Under the pieces are notes generated by a model. The model saw nothing but the letters and a program-made list of their open reading frames with translations, was not told the DNA's origin and ran no database searches. This document shows, piece by piece, positions 53,524-64,000 of a DNA stretch of 64,000 bases. The position numbers and the translations under genes are program-made. The stretch lies in the NCBI RefSeq assembly GCF_009914755.1, contig NC_060935.1. The stretch is one strand, 5' to 3'. Within the stretch, counting starts at the first letter, position 1. The number at the start of each line of letters is the position of its first letter. This DNA is from the human T2T-CHM13v2.0 reference genome, Homo sapiens.

Positions 53524-53895
53524 TCTATTTATTTATATTATTTGTATAAATGTAAAGTGTATAAGTGCAGTTTTGTTACTTAGCTATACCGCATAGTGAA
53601 GTTTGGGCTTTTAGGGTAACCTTTACTCGAATAAGGTACATATACCTATGAAGTAATTTATCATCCCTCTCTCCTTTCCCATCCTCCTACTTTTCTAAGT
53701 CTCCAGTGTTCATTATTACACACTCTATGTCCATGTGTAAACATTATTTAGCATCCACTTATAAGTTATAACGTGGTATTTGACTTTGTGTTTTTGAGCT
53801 GTTTCACTTAAAATAATGGCCTTCAGCTCACTTCATGTTGCTACAAAAGACATCATTTCATTTTTTATGGCCGAATCATATACTACTGTGTGTGT

Positions 53896-53931
<36 letters not shown>

Positions 53932-55040
53932 TATGCCATATGTTTTTCATAGAGATTATACTAATTTACATGCCAACCAGTAGGGTATTCGTATTCCCTT
54001 TCCTCTGCATCCTGGCCACCATCTTTTGATTTTTTTTTTACTTTTTAATAACAGCCATTCTTACTTGCGTAAGATGGTATCCCATTGTGGTTTTAATTTA
54101 CATTTATCTGAATGATTAGTGATGATGAGTATTTTTTCATATGTTTGTTCACTATTTATATGTCTTCTTTTAAAACATGTCTATTCATGTCCTTTGCCCA
54201 CTTTTTAAAGGGGTTATTTGTTTTTGTTGTTGCTGTTGTTTGAGTTTCTTATAAATTCTGGATATCAGTTCCCTGTCAGATGCATAGTTTGCAAATATTT
54301 TTCCCATTCTGTCAGTTATCTGTTCATTCTGATTATTTATTTTGCTGTGCAGAAATTTTTAGTTTAATTAAGTCCCACTTGTTTATTTTTGTTTTTCTTG
54401 CTTGTGGTTTTGAAGCCTTAGTCATGAACTATTTGCCTAAACCAATGTCCTGAAAAGTTTTCCCTAGGTTTTCTTCTAGTACTTTTATAGTTTCAGGTCT
54501 TATATTTAAGTCTTTGATCCATCTTGAGTTGATTTTTGTATATGGTGAGAGATAGTGGTCCAGTTCCATTCTTTTGTATATGGCAATCCAATTTTCCCAG
54601 CACCATCTATTGAAAAAAGTGTCCTTTCCCTTGTGTATGTTTTGTCAACTTTGTCATAGATCAGTTGGTTGTAAATATGTGGCTTTATTTCTTGGCCTTC
54701 TATACTGTTCTGTTGATCTATGTGTCTATATTTATACCAGTACCATGCTCTTTGGGTTAGTATAGCATTGTAGTATAATCTGGGGTTAGGTAATGTGATG
54801 TCACCCACTTTGTTCTTTTTGCTTAGGATTTTGTTGGCTATTTGGGCTCTTTTTTGTTCCATTTGAAATTTAGAATTGTTTATTATAATTGTATAAAAAT
54901 AATTTTAATATTTTGATAAAGATTGCATTGAATCTGAAGATTGCTTTGAGCAGTGTGAATATTGTAATAATATTGATTATTCTGACCCATGAGTGTGAAG
55001 TGATTTTCCACTTGTTTGTGTCATTTATAATTTGTTTTAT
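53524..55040 (-). mobile_element. L1MA (L1MA4/5-like) 3' portion
   Basis: GTGCAGTTTTGTTAC...GTCTCCAGTG; ORF 54506-54862 encodes ORF2 motifs (AWYWYK.RHIDQ). Confidence 0.85.
53887..53930. repeat. (TG)5T(AC)16 compound self-complementary microsatellite
   Basis: Read directly from the sequence. Confidence 0.9.
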
Positions 55041-55069
55041 ACATTTAAAGTATAAATAGCATTTTAAAA

Positions 55070-55900
55070 ACAGTCAGTGACAGATCATCTGACATTTGAG
55101 GAGAAACATCTACCATCAAAACAAAGACCTAAACAAACAGAATAAAAACAATTAGAGGAAACAAAAATTATGAAGCTGGAGAGGGGAACAAATTCAGAAA
55201 AATTATTTGTACATCTCAGAAATATGAGATGTCATTGCTCCCATATAAACCAGAATAGGACACAATATACCTCTGTACAGCATTCAGAGAATACAAATAA
55301 GCCACTGAAAATCTAACATTTTAAAGTTTGCCTTTAAAAAATATTTTGTAGAGGTATTGAAAAGACATATCCCAATAAGTAAACAAAGAATAAGTAGATG
55401 AAAATAAAATATTTAAGAATGCGAAATTTAGATGATTAGTCTATTATCTTAATAATAAACTTTTCAGAAGGAAAAAGCAGGTTTTAGCTGTCTCTTGTTT
55501 TCTAGGACAGTCATACTTTCCATGTTAAAAGAAAGTATGTTACTTTTTTTTTTTACATGTTTTGTTTGTCCTTGTTGGCTTTTTTCGTGCAACTCAAGGC
55601 CTGTTATGTACAGCTTCATCATGAAATATGAGAATGCAGCTGATAAAAAGTATATTCTAAAAGCTTCTAGGAAAAAAATGTGACAAGCAAAATAATTAAA
55701 ATCAGAATAGCACCGTACTTTTGGAGAGCAACATTGAAAACCATAAAACAATGGTGTTATTGAAATTCTGAAGAAAAATATTTCCAGCCTAGAACTCTAT
55801 TCAACAATATCCCATTAAAGTATCAAAGTAGAATAAAAATACAGGTCCTTTAAAAATTGCCTCACTTGCTTTCTTTCTCAGGAAGCATCTTGAATTTTGA
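55070..55900 (+). mobile_element. Ancient L1/HAL1 ORF1-like fragment
   Basis: ATTCTAAAAGCTTCTAG; AAAATCAGAATAGCA; TTCCAGCCTAGAACTCTAT. Confidence 0.5.
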
Positions 55901-56103
55901 GAGTAAATCAAGAAAGAAGAAGACACTGATTCAAGAAGAGGCCACCTAACATAACAGGTGAATCCCAGGACCATGAGGAATGGGCCCCAGGAAGACAGTT
56001 CAATAGTGCTAGGGAGCACCTATTCCACTTTCAAGCAGGACAGTGGTAGGTTCAAAATGTTAGGACTCCAGGGAAAAATATAAAACTTTTATATTACTGC
56101 TGT

Positions 56104-56700
56104 CAGTGGTGTGCTGAAGCCAGTTGCTATGGACTGAATTTTTGTCCCAACAAAACTCACATGTTGAAACTCTAATCCCCAATGTAACCATATTTGGATA
56201 TAAGGGATATAAACAGACAATTAACATTAGATTAGGTCATAAGGGTGGGGCCTGATCTGATAGGATTAGTGTCCTTATCAAAGGAGAAATGAGACCGATT
56301 GCTCTTTCTTTCCCCACATTCAGAGGAAAAGCCGTGAGAGGATGCAATGAGACGCCAGCCCATCTGAGAGCTAAGAAGAGAGCCCTCACTAGAAATTAAA
56401 CCCTGCCAGACTTTGACCTGAGACTTTTTAAAACTTCAGAATTGTCAGAAATAAATTTCTGTTGTTTAAGCCACTCAATCTACAGTATTTTGTTATGGAA
56501 ACCTGAGCAACGTAAGATACTAGTTCATACTGATTCTTGAGAGTCAATGGTTAAATATTTAAGGCTTTTGCCATCCCCTTTTAAAATACTAATAACTTGA
56601 AATTTGCCATGGCAAGAGTATCTACACTATGTAAATTAACAAGCATTACAATCACTGCTACTCCCTTGCCCTCAAAGAGCCAGATTATAAGCATATCACT
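56104..56700. mobile_element. hAT-Charlie element (MER112/113-like), interrupted by an MaLR LTR
   Basis: CAGTGGTGTGCTG terminus; GAGAGTCAATGGTTAAAT; AGCATATCACT terminus. Confidence 0.5.
56125..56520 (+). mobile_element. MaLR solo LTR (MLT1A/MSTD-like)
   Basis: TGCTATGGACTGAAT...CATGTTGAAACTCTAATCCCCAATG...AATAAATTTCTGTTGTTTAAGCCAC...TAAGATAC. Confidence 0.85.
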
Positions 56701-57155
56701 ATTTTGTGATTATATTTACTTTTCTGTCTGACAGTTTGTAGATGAATTAGTTATATATGAAATAAAAGCAAGCAAAGTAAAAATAAGGAAGCTCTGAACT
56801 CCTAAAAAACCCAAAATATTGCATAAGAAAGATATATATTCCTATAATAATATTCATCCTGCTATGAATAATATTTGCATGATTATAAGAAGTTAAAACT
56901 GAAACACTGATTTAAGTAAAATAATGATTTATATGCAGTGGAGACAGAATGAATGTTATCTATGTAAATGTATCTCTGAAGGGTCTATATAAGAAAGTAT
57001 AATACTGTAGTTATCACTCTCATTTTATGATTAATATGTATACAGAAAGAAACAGGATTATTATTGTGACAACATGGAAAATCACATAAGCTACAAAATT
57101 ATTACTTTTTTTGAACCTATTAATGAGCTGAGGATGCAGGACAATTAGCTCAAAC

Positions 57156-57453
57156 TTTTTTTTTTTTTCCTTTGAGATGGAGTCTCGTTCTGTCGCTCAG
57201 GCTGGAGTGCAGTGGTGAGATCTTGGGTCACTGCAACCTCCAGCTCCCAGGTTCAAGCAATTCTCTGCCTAAGCCTCCTGAATAGCTGGGATTACAGGTG
57301 CCCACCACCACGACTGGCTAATTTTTGTATTTTTTAGTAGAGACGGGGTTTCACCACCTTGGCCAGGCTGGTCTTGAACTCCTGACCTCGTGATCCAACT
57401 GCCTCAGACTCCCAAAGTGCTGGGATTACAAGTGTGAGCCACCGCACCCAGCC
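57156..57453 (-). mobile_element. AluS (Sg-like)
   Basis: GACCTCGTGATCC; perfect 12-bp TSD AGCTCAAACTTT (57147-57158 / 57454-57465). Confidence 0.95.
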
Positions 57454-57599
57454 AGCTCAAACTTTAAGAACAGATAGGGACCTCAAAGGTGAGACAAAAT
57501 ATGAGTGCTGGCTTTCTGTGCCAGAGCTCTGTGAATGATACAAGCTGTTTTTTTGTTGTTGTTGTTTTTTGTTTTTTAAATTGGAATAACAGAAGGAGA

Positions 57600-59390
57600 A
57601 GAGACAGATAATTGGAAAGATAAAATATCCAAAAAGCGATCAAGAATTTTCTAAAAATAATGAACTAAGTCAAACTGCAAATCTGAAAAACTCAGAGAAC
57701 CTAAAGCAATGTAACTATCACATACATACACACACGCACACGCACATGTGCACACATACACAAGCACAGTCCTAAACACTTCATAGGCAAACTGGGTACA
57801 GTGAAAGATAAATAGAAAAATCATGAAAGAAGCTAGAAACAAAACACATTCTATGGAGAGAACAAAAATAAGTGTTACAGCAGATTTTGCCAGAAACTTT
57901 GTAAGAAAGAAGATAAAAATTGGCATTTTTAAGGTGCTGAAAGATAAAATTTGTCAACCCAAATTTTATATCCACTGAAAATGTACTTGTAAAATGAAAG
58001 AAGAGACTTATTCAGACTAACAAATTCTAAAATAATTTATTATCAACACATCTATATTAAAAAATATAAAAGAAGGTTATTCAGTCTGATATCAGGCAGA
58101 AACACAATTCTACACACACATGCTTACACAAAAACTATTTATGGAAATGGTTAAAATTTAGATAAATATGTGTGTTTTCTTCTCATTTTAGTTGCCCTAA
58201 AAATAATTGGTTTTCTAAAGTAAAAAAAAAAAAATTAACAATGTATTTGAATTTATAGACTATGCAAAGTTATATACATGAGAAGAGTATCATATTGGAT
58301 GAGAGGAAGAACTTGGGAATATATTGTTATAAAGCTCTTGTATAACACATGAAGCAGTATAAAATTATTTGAAGGCAGCTATTTTTAACACCAATATAAT
58401 TTACAGTAACTTCAAAAATGAAATACTTAAATATACATCGAACAGAACATGTACTGAATCTGATGATGAAAACGACAAAACACTCAAAAAGAATTCAAAG
58501 ATCTAAATAAATTGAAAGCTATACTAAGATTAATTGGAAGACTTACTGTAGCATAGATTTCTATTCCCCACTAATCTGTCTACAGGCTTTTAGGAATTCC
58601 AAACAAAATATCCGCAGAAATTTTTTTCATTGAAATCAAGCCGGTTCTAAAATTCATATGGAAAGGAAAGGAAGTTAAATAACCAAACAAAGTGGAAAAG
58701 AAAAACAAAGCTTAACAACTAACATTATCTTATTTCAAAATTTGCTATAAAGCTGCAGTAATCAAGACAGTATGGTATTGGTGAAAGATCACTACCATAG
58801 GTCAGTGGAACGGAATAGAATGTTCAGAAACAGATCCAAACATACGTAGTCCACTGATTTAAATCAAAATTATAAAAGCAAATCATTGGTGGAAAGAGAA
58901 TTTTTTCAAAAAATAGTGCTGGAAGAATTGGACATCCATACATACAAAAATAAATCTTAACCAGATCTCAACCCATCTCATGAACCTAAAGATAATACCT
59001 AAAAACTGCATACTAATAATATAGACCTATAATCTGAAACTGAAAGCTATAAACCTAAAACCACAACAACAAAAAACTTAAACACAAAAGAAATCTGTGT
59101 GATTTTGGAATAAGTAAGGAGTTCTTATATATAACGCCAAGGTCATGATCTATAATAAAAAAGATAGATTTCATAAAAATTTAAAACTTTTCTTCTAAAG
59201 GTACATCGAGAAAATAAAAAAGCAGGCCACAGAATTGAACAGAAACTTCACCAACAATAATATATGGATATGAAATAAGCTCAGTGTCACTAGCTATTAC
59301 TGAAATAAAAGTTAAAACTTCAGGGAGATACCACTACACGCCTATTAGAAGAGAGTGAAGGGAAACTAATAATACTAAGTGCCGGGAAAA
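57600..59390 (+). mobile_element. Old L1M fragments
   Basis: TTCTAAAATTCATATGGAA; TATAAAGCTGCAGTAATCAAGACAGTATGGTATTGG; GAGATACCACTACAC. Confidence 0.75.
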
Positions 59391-61346
59391 TTAGAAGCTT
59401 TGAGGAGAGTGTAGGGTTAAGGAATCTGCTGTGTTATCTCACCAGGAGGTCCCTCATGTGTGCTTCTGAAATTTCAGTTCTCTGTGTTCCCTGCCTCCCT
59501 GTAGGAAGCTCCATTAAATTCCTAGCAGTGCACCTTGCTTATAAGTCTGTTCTTTTTCTTTGCTACCACATGCACGGTTAGTTGACGTTTTGCAGTCATC
59601 GAGCCCCTGCTTTCCTTTCCCTCTCCCTTTGCTTCCCGGCCCAGATGTTTGTTTTGCTGATGTCTTCCTCCAGAATTTTTTAGCACATTCCTCCATTATA
59701 AAAAATAGGTGCATTCTGCACCTGCCAGAATCAGTCATTGTTCAATTTTGTCTACTTTCACTTCCCTGAGATGAACAATCCTACCCCAGAGACACTCTGT
59801 TATTTGACTAATATCTAACCCAAACCTGGACTCAATCTATCATGGTCCTTTCTATGTTCTCTAAAGTATGCCTCATATTGGCTGTGCCTTTCATTAACAT
59901 CCCAATTCTTTAAATTTCTGGAGCACTTTCCTCAGGGCACAATCAGGCAATTCCACTATCTTCACCTAAAAACAACAACAACAGCAAAAAAAAAAAACAA
60001 AAAACAAATGGTAGCTGAGTTTCTCAGAAGTTATTTGAGTACTTTATGCCCATCTCAGTAGCCATCTTGCATCCTATTTTTAATACAGTTTTCCGAATCA
60101 TGTTTTCACATTGCTATCTGAATCTATGAGAGGTGTTTTCCCAGTGATCCTTACTACAGGATCTCTAAATATGACTTTAAAAAGAGAAGTTGCAATAATT
60201 TTTTGGCTCTTGTCTGTCTCTGGGAGAATCATCACAGAGTCCTGTGAAGTGAAGTGGTGCTTCTTTTCCCTGTTATTTTGTTTTCACCTGTTTCAGATCT
60301 ACTATCAGATGAGATCTAGAAGTGCATTTTTCTCATCTCTTTTTGAAAAAGATTTAAAAGTAGAGGTTTCTTTATCTATTTAAATCTGTCCATCTAGAAT
60401 CTTAAGATAGAATTCTCCTCTCTTTTTATATGTCTAATCTTGCCACTAAATTTCTCACCCATAGCCTAAAGAAAATTATCTCCTCAGCTGTATTTTTTTG
60501 CAGTCTTTTGCACTTTTCCAGCTCTGATAATAAAACAAATAATGAAAACTTTTTTTAAACATTATAATGTCTTCCTGACATGGTGAGTGAACTCAGTTTC
60601 TAGAGACAGTGATAACTATAGGACACTTTAGGAGCCTTCTTAGCCTTTAAGCTTATAGTATTTTATAGTTTTTGTTTCTTCAGACTCAACCCAAGAAAAT
60701 GCTGTATCATCTTAATAACAATTTGCAAAAAGTACTCCAAATCTTTTATCAACAAAATTTACCTACCTTCTATGGATGAAACCAAAATTTAAGTATGAGA
60801 ACTCTAAAGTTGTTATCAGAGCATTTATGTTCAAATCGAGCTTGTGAATGGCTTGAGCCCATGGCAAGCCACATGAATTCAAGGTTAATTATTCCAAAGT
60901 TTACTTCCAAGTCAGTGGTGACAACTCAAAATAACAATAACTCTGAACAGAATTTTGGACAGACTATGTCTGAAAGAAACAATTTTCTGCAGAACTTGTT
61001 ATGGCTGACAAACACCGTAAGAAGAGCCAAAGGTATGTAAATGAGAAGAATCTCCTGTAAATTCATGCCCTAGCAATTCCTGCTCAGAAGAGGCTGTGCG
61101 TGTTTAACAAGATGAAGTAGTAGCTTTCCGGTTGCTGCCATGACTGTGAAAGGCCCTTCCGTCCTGTTCATTTGCTGAATCTGTAGAGCTGGTTTGTGTT
61201 TATTAAATCTCCTCCTACGACTGCCAAGACCAAAGCACCTCCTCCCTTTTGCTGAGAAGACCAACGGGACTTTTGCCACAGCCTGAGCGACTTCATACAA
61301 GGCCTGACCTCCTTTGTTTAAGTTTCTTTCTCTGTAGAAACAGCTA

Positions 61347-61893
61347 AAGCAGTCTCCCCTATATCTGTGGTTTCACTTTCTGAGGTTTTAGTGACCTGAG
61401 TCAAACCACAGTTCAAAAATATTAAATGAAAAATATCTAGAAATAAACAATTCATAAGTTTTAAATCGGGCACTCTTCTGAGTAACATGATGAAATCTCA
61501 CCCTTTCTCACTTTGTCCCGCCTGAGACATGAATCATCCTTTTGTGCAGTGTATTTACACTGCCTAAGCTACCCGCCCGTTAGTGATTTAGTAGCCATCT
61601 GGGTTATTAGATTGACTGTCATGGTATTGAGGTACTTGAGTTCAAGTAACTCTTATTTTACTTAATAATGGCCCCAAAGTACAAGAGTAGCAATGCTGGC
61701 ATATTGTTATAATTGTTCTATTTTACCATAGTTATTGTTATTAATCCCTCATTATGCCTAATTCATAAACTTTATCACAGGTGTGTAAGTATAGGAAAAA
61801 TCGTAGTGTACATAGGGTTCAGCACTACCTGTCATTTCAGGCATCTACTGGGTGTCTTGGAATATATCCTCCATGAGTAAGGGGGGACTACTG
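61347..61893. mobile_element. MER44B-like TcMar-Tigger DNA transposon
   Basis: TIRs AGCAGTCTCCCC / GGGGGGACTACTG flanked by TA; internal GAAATAAACAATTCATAAGTTTTAAAT. Confidence 0.85.
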
Positions 61894-62485
61894 TATTTAC
61901 TTTTGGAATAAGCCACTGAATGTTAAATTTATAATGTTCAAACACATAGTGAACTTAATCCTTAAAACCTCTCTGTCATGCCCCAGATAAAAAGCTTGCC
62001 TTGAGTACCTTTACCAATCTCAAAAGTTACAACCCTTTCCATGCAGTAAAGGCCATGGAGGGTGTCTAACAAGAGTTAAGCCAACCTTAGTGGAAGTCTG
62101 AAAGTCATAGGAAAAAGTTGGATTTGAGATAAAATTTGAACACAGTCAACAAGGTTTGATAATAGATAGACGATAAGATATGATATAAAGAAGAGTTATG
62201 AGAATATCTCCAAGTTTTGGGCTTGAACAATTAGGTGAATGCTGCTTATTGAGGGAAGATCAGGTTTGATCAGACTAGGGGTAATGGAGAGTTCAATTTT
62301 GGATATATTAAATTTAAATGTCTAGTAAGTAGGAACCTCAAAGTGAATTATGATGTTGTGTATCTATTAGTCATTAGCATCATCAGTGAGATTACTGTGA
62401 CACGTTAAGACATGTAAATAAACGAGTTCATACAGGTTAGGCAGGGAATGTAGCTACAGACAAGGTCTACTACGCATCCCTAGGT

Positions 62486-62632
62486 CAGTGTTTTTCAGCT
62501 ATTGATGTGTACACCAATCAATTGGAGAGCTTGTTAAAATGGAGAGTCTGATTCTGTAGGTCCAGTGGTGAGCCTGAGATTCTGGCATTTCTATCAAGTT
62601 TCCTGGTGATACTGGTCCACAAACCATACTTC
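62486..62632. mobile_element. MER5-type hAT-Charlie element
   Basis: CAGTGTTTTTCA...GAGCTTGTTAAAATG...CTGATTCTGTAGGTC...GCATTTCTA.CAAGTT. Confidence 0.7.
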
Positions 62633-62779
62633 ATATTCAATTATCTTTGGCATTCAAATATTCATAGGTAGGGCAGAAGAGAAACAGCCAATAAAGCAAA
62701 CTGAGATGGAAAGGGAATGAGATTAGAGGAAAACCTTTAAGTGTCGATATAATGAGTTATCTTAATAGATCTAAATATT

Positions 62780-63690
62780 GAACCACTCTTGAATTCCTAG
62801 GGTAAATCCGGCTTTGTCATAGCATATATAATTATTTTGTTGATTCTATTTGCTAAATTTTAAAGAATAATTTTGGCATTTGAATTCACAAGGTAGAAAA
62901 ATCAATAATTTCTTTTTGTTTCATCTTTGTCAGTTTTGACATTAACTTTATATTTAATTTTTTAAATTAATTATTTATATTAAATGTATAAAGCATTATT
63001 CCTTAATCTTTTTATATGTTCTAGAAGAGTTTAAGCTACCTTAAATTATTCTGTCTTTTAAAATTGGATACAATTTAGCTGAACCCATCTGTTTCCAGGG
63101 ACTTTTTAATAGTAGAATCTTTTAAAGGTAAATTTTGGTAATTTTTTTTTTTTGAAAAACACAAATTCCTGTAGATGGTTTTCAAGAATATTGCCATAAA
63201 CTTTCTTATAGTATTATCTTATAATCCTGTTACTATCTCCTCTGTGTGTGTGTGAGAGAGAGAAAGATTCATTTTCTTTATTATTCCTGACCTTATATAT
63301 TTTGCTCTCAATAATGCCTTGTATTGGCATTTGGGCGTAATAATCAGTTTCTACAAAAAATATATATATATTTTAACTTTAGCTGTATAATTCCTACTTT
63401 TCATATCTGTTGGCTCATATTGTTGAATTTTATTATTTATCAAGATTGGTAGTAAGTTTCTTTTCAATTTCTAAAAAATCTTCCATCATGAGTAGGCTTA
63501 TATACTTTCTACTCAGTACAATTTTTTGGTGAGATCTGTAAGTTTTGCTGTGTAGTATTTATGTTTTGCTTCCATTCTATTGAAATATTTTGAAATTTCT
63601 CTTTGTAAATATTCTTTAATTAAAGGAATTTCTAGGGACATAATTTTCAATTACAAACATACAGTTGAGTGAATTTTTAAAAACTCTACA
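62780..63690 (-). mobile_element. L1ME-like fragment
   Basis: GAATTCCTAGGGTAAATCC; ATTTGCTAAATTT; very T-rich + strand. Confidence 0.5.
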
Positions 63691-63694
63691 CTAA

Positions 63695-64000
<306 letters not shown>

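Overview
AT-rich (no CpG island) catarrhine primate genomic DNA, most likely human, judged from AluY/AluS/AluJ, L1PA and THE1 elements. It looks intergenic or deep intronic, and I recognise no intact protein-coding gene. Most ORFs in the track come from repeats. Main features: a decayed processed RPL9 pseudogene (21079-21793, +); a full-length ~6.2 kb L1PA6/7-like LINE-1 with TSD (27410-33615, +) whose ORF1 and ORF2 are broken but whose antisense ORF0 is still open; a complete THE1A LTR-int-LTR element (35008-37400); an MLT1 LTR-int-LTR relic; several solo MaLR/ERVL LTRs; 11 Alus and a left monomer; old L1M, L2, MIR and L3 fragments; and MER53, MER44, MER5 and MER112/113-like DNA transposons. 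The most unusual direct observations are four local templated or fold-back insertions (29598-29655, 31082-31116, 37082-37158, 49161-49251), which resemble polymerase-theta/template-switch repair scars. More speculatively, several minus-strand exon-like segments in the non-repeat DNA at 0.4-17 kb could be relics of a lost gene or lncRNA exons; one resembles an Ig-domain exon with a single stop. Repeat subfamily names are assigned from memory of consensus sequences, and boundaries of old repeats are approximate.
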